A DNA stretch of 63,055 nt, counting the filler, from Octopus bimaculoides (taxonomy: Eukaryota), in assembly GCF_001194135.2 (NCBI RefSeq). It is 7 parts of 6 records of this genome, joined end to end, with 100 filler letters (N's around TTAATTAATTAA, not from the genome) between each part and the next. Parts side by side here need not be neighbours in the genome. Positions count along the whole stretch, not along the records: positions 43,158 to 51,752 come from NC_068984.1; positions 51,853 to 61,711 come from NC_068982.1; positions 61,812 to 63,055 come from NC_068984.1; 4 more parts are not named here. The stretch is one strand, 5' to 3'. How positions within the stretch are numbered: position 1 is the first letter of the stretch; every line of letters begins with the position of its first letter. The position numbers and the translations under genes are program-made. The notes below the pieces were generated by a model. It saw only the letters and a program-made list of their open reading frames with translations. It searched no databases and had not been told where the DNA came from. Shown here piece after piece: positions 51,657 through 63,055 of this stretch.

Positions 51657-51702
<46 letters not shown>

Positions 51703-51936
51703 GTATGCATATAAATATATGCGTGTGTGTTTGTGTGTGTATGTATATGTATNNNNNNNNNNNNNNNNNNNNNNNNNNNNNNNNNNNNNNNNNNNNTTAA
51801 TTAATTAANNNNNNNNNNNNNNNNNNNNNNNNNNNNNNNNNNNNNNNNNNNNATATATATATATATATAAAGGTCAGCAATTGTGCCCTTTCCCTTTAGC
51901 GGACACAACAATATAAGGTCATTTAACAGGGCTCTC

Positions 51937-51996
<60 letters not shown>

Positions 51997-52668
51997 TATC
52001 TCTCCTTTTCCTTTTATATCAGTCTTTCTCTCAAACACACACATACACACACAAACACACCCACAAACGAGTACATGCATGCAACACGCAAGCACTTAAA
52101 CACTCACACTCATGCGCATTGATACACATGCGCACGCTCACATAATCCGTAACACAAACCTTATAAATATCAATCGTCTTTATTGTTATTAATCTACATC
52201 GGATCTATTTGGTTTGATTGCCAGCATTTCAAAATTTAAAGTTAACGAAAATTTTAAAATTTGACACATTAATATACTTTTCCAAGCTGAATTGCTGGAG
52301 TTATTTCACTTTTTCCAGAAAAATGTCTTGAAAAAGTTATAGAAGTTTAAAGTGTGATCATTTTCACCCAGTCAGGAAACAGGATTGGAAGCTGTCATTT
52401 TGTGCGTGACTGTACATTTTCTCAACATCCTGAAAATAGCACGTGTTGTCAAGAAAGAGTAAACAGCACATCTTTTGTAGTTTTAAGCATTGCGATAGCA
52501 CGAACTTAAAAGATTTATCCCAAAATGTTTTGGGGTATAGCGCCAAACCGAATAGATCGCTAAAACATACGCTCTTTCAAGCAAGCAGCAAGATTTCTTA
52601 GTATGTGCGCACGCGCACACACACACATACATACACACACAAACACGCAAAGGAACATATTTACATAA

Positions 52669-52729
<61 letters not shown>

Positions 52730-55059
52730 NNNNNNNNNNNNNNNNNNNNNNNNNNNNNNNNNNNNNNNNNNNNNNNNNNNNNNNNNNNNNNNNNNNNNNN
52801 NNNNNNNNNNNNNNNNNNNNNNNNNNNNNNNNNNNNNNNNNNNNNNNNNNNNNNNNNNNNNNNNNNNNNNNNNNNNNNNNNNNNNNNNNNNNNNNNNNNN
52901 NNNNNNNNNNNNNNNNNNNNNNNNNNNNNNNNNNNNNNNNNNNNNNNNNNNNNNNNNNNNNNNNNNNNNNNNNNNNNNNNNNNNNNNNNNNNNNNNNNNN
53001 NNNNNNNNNNNNNNNNNNNNNNNNNNNNNNNNNNNNNNNNNNNNNNNNNNNNNNNNNNNNNNNNNNNNNNNNNNNNNNNNNNNNNNNNNNNNNNNNNNNN
53101 NNNNNNNNNNNNNNNNNNNNNNNNNNNNNNNNNNNNNNNNNNNNNNNNNNNNNNNNNNNNNNNNNNNNNNNNNNNNNNNNNNNNNNNNNNNNNNNNNNNN
53201 NNNNNNNNNNNNNNNNNNNNNNNNNNNNNNNNNNNNNNNNNNNNNNNNNNNNNNNNNNNNNNNNNNNNNNNNNNNNNNNNNNNNNNNNNNNNNNNNNNNN
53301 NNNNNNNNNNNNNNNNNNNNNNNNNNNNNNNNNNNNNNNNNNNNNNNNNNNNNNNNNNNNNNNNNNNNNNNNNNNNNNNNNNNNNNNNNNNNNNNNNNNN
53401 NNNNNNNNNNNNNNNNNNNNNNNNNNNNNNNNNNNNNNNNNNNNNNNNNNNNNNNNNNNNNNNNNNNNNNNNNNNNNNNNNNNNNNNNNNNNNNNNNNNN
53501 NNNNNNNNNNNNNNNNNNNNNNNNNNNNNNNNNNNNNNNNNNNNNNNNNNNNNNNNNNNNNNNNNNTATATATATATATATATATGTCTGCGTATGCATA
53601 TGTATAATTATGTACATCTGTATGTGTATAATGTATATATACATACATACATATATACATACAAAAAATACTCTGTTAATGTTGTTGAAATTGCAATGAA
53701 GGAGCCTTGGATCTAGACTAGAAACCGGCTCCTTCTCTATCGGCAAGAAATCTTGAAATATAACTGAATAATCACATACATACGTACATATGTGCATACA
53801 CTCGTACATGTATACATTGATTTAGTATTTTAGCAAAACAAAACGAAAGGACAGAGCTCCAAGTAATGTTCAGTAGACCCTTCTTTCGGCGCGATTTTAT
53901 CCCTCCAGTAGCAGATAGCCTAAACCCAACAAGAATAAGACAGAATATATTGGATCCAGCTACAAACTCACAACAACCCACCTTTTCTTGAAGCACCTTA
54001 CACGGTCATCTTTTTTAAAATCATTCTAATAACACTCTGTGTCACACAAACCCTACCGCTCTAAAATGGTACAGAAACGGAAGAATTTGTTACAACGCTC
54101 ACATGAGAAAACAGAACCCGATGGCTCCATTTTCTTTCCAACCTAACTGTTTTAAATGTACGCTCCCTTTCATCAATCTGGCGAATATCTTTCACCACAA
54201 TATTTCGATTGCTTTGTTATTCTAATAGGATATCCATTTGTTGCTTATCAGCACCATACCAGCCCTGTGCTCAATACCTTTTACTGCTTTCATTTCCAAG
54301 TAGTCCTCAACCACCTCAAGTGAGTTTTTCACGTCAATCTTTTTTTTTTCCTCTCAATTTTATTGGCTGAGCCAAACGAAGAATAGTATCCTCAAAGTTC
54401 CGCAGCCATAAATGGATATAGTTACTGATTAAATACATTTGAGCCTGACAAGGAAGGAAATATCGGAGGGAAATATCGTCATGACATAATTTTGCACTTT
54501 ACGTTAGTATGCGTTTTCATCATTTTATTTCTACAGTTATTAGAGGTTAGTAAATGGTCCTGTGCATCTAAAATAAAACATCCTCTTTATGCTTTAGTCC
54601 GGGACTTTGAAGTTATTGTTGGCGTTCGTCCTGGTTTATTTCCTCTCCATTGAATTTCACATAATATTCGCTACAGAGTGTTTTATCTCGGCCTGTTTCC
54701 AAATTCTGTTTTGATTTCATCATCTGCTTTCATTTCCAAGTAGTCCTCAACCACCTTTTTTATTAAATATTTTTGTTGGTCCTTCAAGCCTGAAGTTTAT
54801 TGTTTCCTTAGAAATAGAGAAAGGCTTGTTCTATAGTCTATCTTTCGTCGAAGATGACTTTGCGTTTCATCCTTATCGGTTCGATGAATATATACCAATT
54901 GCATACTGTGGTCGATGTAACCGACTAGCCCACTCCCTGCAAAATTTCAGGCTTTATGCATATAATGGAAATAATGATCATAAATAATATTGATAATAAT
55001 AATAATCCTCGTCGTATATATGTATATATATATATATATATATATGTTTGTGTGTGTAT

Positions 55060-55285
55060 ATGTTTGTGTGTGTATATGTTTGTGTGTCTGTATTTGTTCC
55101 CCCAACATCGCTTGACAACCGATGGTGGTGTGTTTACGTCCTCGTAACTTAGCGGTTCGGCAAACGTGATCGATAGAATAAGTACTAGGCTTACAAAGAA
55201 TAAGTCCTGGGGTCGATTTGCTCGACTAAAGGCGGTGCTCCAGCATGGCCACAGTCAAATGACTGAAACAAGTAAAAGAGTAAAA

Positions 55286-55286
<1 letters not shown>
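55060..55286 (+). mobile_element. S2 SINE 3' half
   Basis: Colinear with 13620-13842. Confidence 0.85.
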
Positions 55287-55331
<45 letters not shown>

Positions 55332-55335
<4 letters not shown>

Positions 55336-55430
55336 GGAAATAGAGATAACTCGAATGTGGAATCTAAAAACAGAAACAATTCCTATCATAGTAGGTGCCT
55401 TAGGTATAATAAAAAAATATTCAGACAAAT
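55332..55430 (+). mobile_element. R4/Dong-like non-LTR retrotransposon C-terminal fragment within (AAT)n
   Basis: LEIEITRMWNLKTETIPIIVGALGIIKK matches the typical end of RLE-type ORFs; runs into a gap. Confidence 0.6.
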
Positions 55431-56109
55431 NNNNNNNNNNNNNNNNNNNNNNNNNNNNNNNNNNNNNNNNNNNNNNNNNNNNNNNNNNNNNNNNNNNNNN
55501 NNNNNNNNNNNNNNNNNNNNNNNNNNNNNNNNNNNNNNNNNNNNNNNNNNNNNNNNNNNNNNNNNNNNNNNNNNNNNNNNNNNNNNNNNNNNNNNNNNNN
55601 NNNNNNNNNNNNNNNNNNNNNNNNNNNNNNNNNNNNNNNNNNNNNNNNNNNNNNNNNNNNNNNNNNNNNNNNNNNNNNNNNNNNNNNNNNNNNNNNNNNN
55701 NNNNNNNNNNNNNNNNNNNNNNNNNNNNNNNNNNNNNNNNNNNNNNNNNNNNNNNNNNNNNNNNNNNNNNNNNNNNNNNNNNNNNNNNNNNNNNNNNNNN
55801 NNNNNNNNNNNNNNNNNNNNNNNNNNNNNNNNNNNNNNNNNNNNNNNNNNNNNNNNNNNNNNNNNNNNNNNNNNNNNNNNNNNNNNNNNNNNNNNNNNNN
55901 NNNNNNNNNNNNNNNNNNNNNNNNNNNNNNNNNNNNNNNNNNNNNNNNNNNNNNNNNNNNNNNNNNNNNNNNNNNNNNNNNNNNNNNNNNNNNNNNNNNN
56001 NNNNNNNNNNNNNNNNNNNNNNNNNNNNNNNNNNNNNNNNNNNNNNNNNNNNNNNNNNNNNNNNNNNNNNNNNNNNNNNNNNNNNNTTATTATTATTATT
56101 ATTATCATT

Positions 56110-56436
56110 ATTATTGTTATTCAGTGAGAGAGCAGTGCATGCCATCAAAGTGACACTGGGGTAAACTATACGAAGCCTAGTGTACCGATCATGACTACCC
56201 GTCTGATAAGGGTACACCAGGCACATGCATCACAACTATATGTGCGCGACATGGTGATCTCATATCAAGATAAACAGCACATGACCTTGCAAGTGGGGCC
56301 CACTTGTCAGCCACTAAGGGATATGCTCAACTGGTTAAGCAACTGACAAGCAAATTTGTGGTATTGAGCAGAATATTTGTTGTAGCCCATCTTTTATACC
56401 TAAACAAAAGAATGTACATGATAACACAACCGATCA

Positions 56437-56499
<63 letters not shown>

Positions 56500-57055
56500 G
56501 AGCGAGAGAGCAATGCATGATATCAAAGTGACACTGGGGTTAAAATATACGAAGCCCAGTATACCCATCATGACTACCCATCTGATAAGGGTACACCAGG
56601 CACATGCATCACAACAATGTGTGCGCGACACAGTGATTTCATATCAAGATAAACAGCGCATGATCTTGCAGGTAGGGTCCAGTTAGGATTTTCTTCAGAT
56701 CGAGTTGCCCTTTCCTGCTCAAAGGGTCCCTGAATAAGGGTTGTTCAAGGATGTTCAACAGAAGACCCACGTTTCCAAATTTGTATGATCCAAACCCGAA
56801 AGAATTCCTCTCAACACATGGCTATGATGCTCCCCTACTACTTCTACTCGTAATCAGGGATGCACATATTGTCAGCCATTAAGGGACATGCTCATTTGGT
56901 TAAGGTCAAGCAACTGACTAGCAAATCTGTGGTATTGAGCAGAATATTTGCTGTAGCCCATCTTTTATACCAAGACAAAACAGTATACATGATAACACTT
57001 CTAATCAGTTAAGATCAGAAGCTATGAGAACTACTGCCTGGTACTGCATCAGGGC

Positions 57056-57060
<5 letters not shown>
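56110..57060. mobile_element. Two tandem copies of an unclassified element, each bounded by (TTA)n; the first is internally deleted
   Basis: 56110-56437 and 56499-57060 share GAGAGAGCA(G/A)TGCATG...TCAAGATAAACAGC and GTGGTATTGAGCAGAATATTTG. A related segment lies inverted at about 37620-37790 and 39015-39180. Confidence 0.7.
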
Positions 57061-57122
<62 letters not shown>

Positions 57123-57239
57123 TCCGCCTTAGCGAAGGCGAAGGTATTGTTTTCAGTCGTGTTTGTTTGTCTGTTTATCCGTGGACAAGATATCTCAAGA
57201 ACCACTGAATTCCCAGTGGATTCCTAGCAAAGGGGCTCT

Positions 57240-58720
57240 AGCTAGACCGATTTAGATACTCTTCCAGAGCTTCCCCACAACAGGGAGACTTCCCAAAAAG
57301 TTAAGGGAAGGCATAATATGTCCTATCCGTAAGAGAGGTAGCAGATCAGACGCTAAGAATTATAAGCCTGTCTCCCTAATTTCCCATGTCAGCAAAGTTA
57401 TGGAGCGCATTGTCAGGAAGAAACTAATTGCGTTCCTTGAAGATAATGACTTGCTTCCTAACACCCATGGCTTTCACTCGGTAAGAAGCTGCCTTAAACA
57501 GCTTTTGCAACATTATTACTGGGTGTTGGAACAATTAATGAATCGCTCAAACGTTGATGTTATATATCTCGATTTTGCAAATGCCTTTGATAAAGTTGAT
57601 CATGGGATATGTCACTAACTACGGAGACTCAGCATAACTGGGAAAATCGAAGAGTGGATGCATGACGTCTTAAAAGACAGAAACCAAGCTGTAGCAGTCA
57701 ACGGAGCCCTTTCCACGGAGACATTAATAGAAAGTGAAATGCCTCAGGGAACTGTATTGGGGCCGCTGCTGTCCATGGTGGCTCTTTCAGACATGCCATT
57801 AGTTACACAGACAGCCACACTTACTAGCTTTGCCGACGACTCAAAAGTAGTACAAGCACTCATGAAACCTTTTGAAGCAAATTCCAAGCTCTCTACTACC
57901 AGCTAAATCGTGCTCAGAAGTCACAACAACGATACTTTGGACCAAGAAGAGCGGCAATCCTAGAATCACATATTGTGCGTGATCTTGGGATTGATATATC
58001 TAGTTTCACATGCATGCCACTAAGATGGTGATAGTGTGCAGGCGAATGACCGGATGGATTCTGAGAACCTTCAGAACAAGGAACCAGGAAACTATGTTGG
58101 TCCTATGGAGGACATCTGTCCTCAGCCGTCTGGACTACTGCTCTCAAATGTGATCACCTTACAGTGTAGGATTAATAGCAGAACTTGAGGCAGTTCAGCG
58201 ATACTACACGAGGAAGATTACATCAATGGAAGAGCTGAGCTACTGGAAGAAACTTAAAGAGCTACGACTCTACTCCCTGGAGCGAAGACGGGAGAAGTAT
58301 GCAATGATATATGTGTGTGGAAGATACTGGAGAGGTTGGCATCAAACTTTGGAATCGATAGTTATACCAAACCTCGAATTGGACGTCACTGCACTGTTCC
58401 AGAAGTTCAAGGTGTCTCATCTAAGGTGAGGGCCGTGTACTGCAATAGCTTGAGATTCAAGGGCTCACAGCTTTTTTTTAACTCCTTGCTAAAACATCCA
58501 TGGAGTGAAAGTATATGTTTTCAGGAAGCAACTTGACCTCTTGCTATCCAAGTGACCAGATGAACCAATATCAAGGCAGAAAACTCAAAAGAGGGCTGTG
58601 GATTCGAACTCCCGCCTTCACCAAAAGCCAATACCATAGAATTAGCCAATTAAAAGGTGATTACACTGGCGGTGCGACAGCATGGTCACAGCCTCAGGGC
58701 TGGAACATATAAAAGCATAA
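57240..58720 (+). mobile_element. Decayed CR1-clade LINE, RT domain to 3' end
   Basis: NYKPVSLISHVSKVMERIV, VDVIYLDFANAFDKVDHG, PQGTVLGPLL, FADDSKV and YSLERRREKY; frameshifts and stops. Confidence 0.92.
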
Positions 58721-58914
58721 GAGAATACACACACACATACCTATATGAAAACATACACGCGCGCGCGCGCATACACAAGCATCGTGATAAAAGCTTTGAG
58801 AAACAACAAAACATTTACTGATGGTGATCCACTATACTTTTAATAGACTTGTATTTAATAACAATATTGAACTGACTGGGATTCCTGCTTCACTATTAAC
58901 GGCTTATTCAACCA

Positions 58915-58946
<32 letters not shown>

Positions 58947-58949
58947 GTG

Positions 58950-59270
58950 AAGATGCATGGCTTAGTGGTTAGGGCATTCGGCTCACGATCATAAGGTCGT
59001 GAGTTCAATTCCCGGCGACGCGTTGTGTCCTTGAGCAAGTCACTTTATTTCACGCTGCTCCAGTCCACTCAGCTGGCAAAAATGTGAAGCATTTGTATTT
59101 CAAAGGGCTAGCCTTGTCACACTCTGTGTCACGCTGAATCTCCCTGAGAACTACGTTAAGGGTACACGAGTCTGTGGAGTGCTCAGTCACTTGCACGTTA
59201 AATTCACGTGCAAGCTGTTCAGTTGATCGGATCAGCTGGGACCCGCGTCGTCGTAACCGACGGAATGCTC
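58950..59270 (+). mobile_element. tRNA-derived SINE, family S3
   Basis: A box TGGCTTAGTGG, B box GAGTTCAATTCC, and a (TATG)n tail. Confidence 0.85.
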
Positions 59271-60973
59271 CTATATGTATGTATGTATGAATGTATGTAT
59301 GTATGTATGTATGTATGTATGTGCGTATGTATGTAAAAGGCCTTCTAAATATACAAACACTCGTGTCGTTTATTATATCGTTATTATCACGTTACTGTCG
59401 TTGCTTATATATTTTATATATTTTCCCGTTCTCTTAACTAGGGACCTTCGTCTGCTTCTCTTCTTATTTGTACTTATCATATTCTTTCCTTCATGTTCCC
59501 TCATTTATATTCCAGCAGTTATTGTGCTTTTGATGCCACCAGATTGTCGAAATTGTGATGACTTTTGGTCAATAACTGATGAAGGATGAGCATGTCCATT
59601 CCTTGGTGTGTTTTTTTCTTGTTTCCCGCATGTTCTTACGTCGTCCTCTCGTGACACATTTTACTATATCTGTGTGTGTGCGCGTGTGTATATAAATATG
59701 TTTGTCGCACTCTTCTACTATCTCTTCTCTGTCTATCTCTCTCCCTCTCTTGTTCTTCATCCTCTGTTTTTCTCTCCCACCCTTTCCCTATTCTTCTCTC
59801 CCTTTCACCGTTCCCTCTTTCTTTCTCGCTCTTCCTCCTTGACTCTCTCGTCGCTAGCACGTGACGAAAGGGGATCTCTCTTTCTGTCCACTGCCTTCCT
59901 AAAGAAAAGACGTGTTTTTTCTGTCTCCTTTCTCATGGCACGTCTACCTAGTGCTCATAATAATTTTTCCATCGTCTTGGCTCAATAGCCCTCACCATTT
60001 TTATTACTGTCTTGTTCTCATTGTCCTGTTCTTGTTAACACTTTCACCCTCCGCAAAAAATCCCAAATTTTATTTAATTTGCTTTGCGGGAAGGAGTGTT
60101 CCAACGAAGTCGCGTATTGTCCTTGCCTTCGAAACGCGGAGTAGATAGAACAGGGACAACTGACGAAAGGGTATACTCTTTATGTTGCATGTTTCGTTTC
60201 TCTGTTTGTTTTTTTCGCTGTTCGAAAAAAGTTCGTTTTCTGTTTTCGCTTTTATGCTTTCGTTTCTCATTGTGTTTAACGTTTTTTTTTTGATGTCCTG
60301 TATCCATATATGCATGTATGTATACATATAGATGTAGGTATGTATATATATATGTATGGNNNNNNNNNNNNNNNNNNNNNNNNNNNNNNNNNNNNNNNNN
60401 NNNNNNNNNNNNNNNNNNNNNNNNNNNNNNNNNNNNNNNNNNNNNNNNNNNNNNNNNNNNNNNNNNNNNNNNNNNNNNNNNNNNNNNNNNNNNNNNNNNN
60501 NNNNNNNNNNNNNNNNNNNNNNNNNNNNNNNNNNNNNNNNNNNNNNNNNNNNNNNNNNNNNNNNNNNNNNNNNNNNNNNNNNNNNNNNNNNNNNNNNNNN
60601 NNNNNNNNNNNNNNNNNNNNNNNNNNNNNNNNNNNNNNNNNNNNNNNNNNNNNNNNNNNNNNNNNNNNNNNNNNNNNNNNNNNNNNNNNNNNNNNNNNNN
60701 NNNNNNNNNNNNNNNNNNNNNNNNNNNNNNNNNNNNNNNNNNNNNNNNNNNNNNNNNNNNNNNNNNNNNNNNNNNNNNNNNNNNNNNNNNNNNNNNNNNN
60801 NNNNNNNNNNNNNNNNNNNNNNNNNNNNNNNNNNNNNNNNNNNNNNNNNNNNNNNNNNNNNNNNNNNNNNNNTGTGTGTGTGTGTGTGTGTGAGTGTAAG
60901 TGTCTGGGTGTCTGGGTGTATATATACATATAGACACATCTGCACAGGCTCGCTTAATGTGTGTGTGTGTGTG

Positions 60974-61013
<40 letters not shown>

Positions 61014-61350
61014 CGTGTGTGTGAAGAATAACTATAAATCATTGAACGTCGGGAAACTCCATCAACATACACCCTACCCTCATCACCCCCGTTCACTTAC
61101 CAGCTCTCCAAAACTCCGTGAAACTATTTTAACAAGCAAAAGAAACGTCCGCCAGCCACGCATAATACCGGCCAGATGTCAGGAAGACAAAGAAGTCGAT
61201 CGGCTCAGCATCAGCTCTATAACTCTTTTTCTCTTTTTCCTTCCCTTTTCTGTCTGCCTGCCTATCCGTCTGGCTGCCCATCAGTCTGTCTGTTTGTCTG
61301 TCTGATTTCTCCCTGTCTGTCTGATTTCTCCCTGTCTGTCTGATTTCTCC

Positions 61351-61411
<61 letters not shown>

Positions 61412-61507
61412 CAATTCTCTTGATTTCTCTGTCTCTCAGATGCCTCGCTTCCTCACAAAATTCTGACACGCATCAAGTTTTTGTGTGTGAGCGCGTGCGC
61501 GTATGTA

Positions 61508-61551
<44 letters not shown>

Positions 61552-62270
61552 TGCGTGTGTATTTGCCAATGATTATGAAGATTACGAGAATGGCACTGAT
61601 AATGCTCATTACAATGATGATTAATGACTGGTGCTGTAAGGAATCTTTCATACTTCAAATAGATAAGGTGGTGAGTTGGCTGGATTCTTAGTCCAACGGG
61701 TGAAATACTTGNNNNNNNNNNNNNNNNNNNNNNNNNNNNNNNNNNNNNNNNNNNNTTAATTAATTAANNNNNNNNNNNNNNNNNNNNNNNNNNNNNNNNN
61801 NNNNNNNNNNNTATGACCAGTGAAACCTTTATATTCTAATACATTTTATAGCCTTGTCCATGCATACTGCTTACACCTTCCCTCTCTTTAGAAGTAATTG
61901 TCCCTTATGCTATCACCACTAGATAAGAAACAATAAAATCTGAGACAGTTAAAACTTTTGTCTAGAATCAATTACTAGCCTGATAGACTCGGCTATGTCA
62001 AGATGGACTTATGTATTCTTCCTCACATTTGGATTTTTATGTATTCTCTCTCCCACTTGGATTTGAAATGTTGCCACATTTATAATATGTCTTTTCTACA
62101 GTAATTTTCTGCATTTTCGTGCAGCTGAAGATTGCTCTTCATATTGCATTTAATGTAATGCTCGCATTACTTAAATAAATTGGAGTAGCATGAAACGTGT
62201 GTACTGCAATTACCTTTGAAATCCGTGTTGCTTATTTTTTGATATATATATATATACATATATATATATA

Positions 62271-63055
62271 CAGGGGTTGGACAAAATAATGGAAACACCT
62301 TAAAATTTCAAATTTATTCTAACATGGAATAGGACCACCTTTGGCAGTAATTACTGCTTGAATTCTACGCGGTATTGACTCGTACAAAGTTTCAATTGTT
62401 TCCAAAGGAATTTTGTCCATTCTTCAGCTAAAACAGTCTCCAGTTCTTGTAGTGATGACGGTGGAGGCTCTCGACTCCTTACTTGTTTTTCTAAAATGCA
62501 CAATAAATGTTCAATAATATGGAGATCTGGGGACTGTGGTGGCCAGATAAGATGTTCAACTTCATTCAGTAACAACTTTAGCTGTGTGAATTGGTGCATT
62601 ATCATCCCGAAAGATTGCGTTTCCCTCCGGAAACAGTTCTGCAACCATAGGGTGAATTTGATCAGATAAAATGCTCGAGGGACCAATTCCACTGCTCGAG
62701 GGACTAATTCTGTAGGTTTTTACTCCACTCCAAACACATTGCAACGTTTGTTTTTGAAAGTAGTGGTTTTCTAATTGCAGCCCATCCGTGAAATCCGGTT
62801 TTGAGCAAGCTCCCGGCGAACAGTTTTTGTGAAAACTGGGTTCTCGACGTGGTCACTAAGCTCTGCAGTAATTTTGGGAGCTGTACTTTTGTGAGCCTTT
62901 CTAACAATTCGCGTTAAGCGTCCGACAGTCCCTATCTGAAAATTTTTGTTTTCTTTCGGAGTTTTGTTTCAACGAGGAAATTTTTCTCACTTTCTGAAAG
63001 GCTGTCATTACTTTCAACACTACTTCTTGATAAACCAAACATTTCGCTTGTTTTC
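62271..63055 (-). mobile_element. Decayed Tc1-like transposon running off the window end
   Basis: TA-CAGGGGTTGGACAAAATAATGGAAACACC terminus. Minus translations DDNAPIHTAK and IWPPQSPDLHIIEHL (DD..E type); frameshifted. Confidence 0.88.

Noticed and set aside
52560-53809. Long ORFs in the supplied track that span N runs (here and at other gaps)
   Set aside because: Their length comes from X residues in gaps; the flanks are microsatellite translations.

Overview
Animal genomic DNA from a gapped draft assembly. It is AT-rich and saturated with microsatellites, tRNA-derived SINEs, decayed LINEs (RTE, CR1, R4/Dong, Penelope-like) and Tc1/mariner remnants. The repeat landscape suggests an octopus-like cephalopod (inference, not verified). 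No ORF in the supplied track is a credible intact gene: they are microsatellite read-throughs, N-gap artefacts or TE fragments. The main result lies at about 35.3-42.6 kb on the + strand: an array of at least five very short exons (27, 24, 21, 18 and 27 nt, plus a sixth whose donor emerges from a gap). All have canonical AG/GT ends, lengths divisible by 3, and a common open phase-1 frame. They sit in tandemly duplicated intron blocks. Paralogous exons have diverged strongly and non-synonymously, while their flanking introns remain about 90-98% identical. This resembles a micro-exon gene with hypervariable cassettes, like the Schistosoma MEG architecture. Splicing and expression are inferred and need RNA evidence. 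Secondary observations include minimal hammerhead-ribozyme motifs in Penelope-like DNA, a PHD finger inside an RTE reverse transcriptase, a stack of elements in (TTA)n tracts, and an artificial six-frame-stop spacer used at scaffold joins. TE boundaries are approximate.
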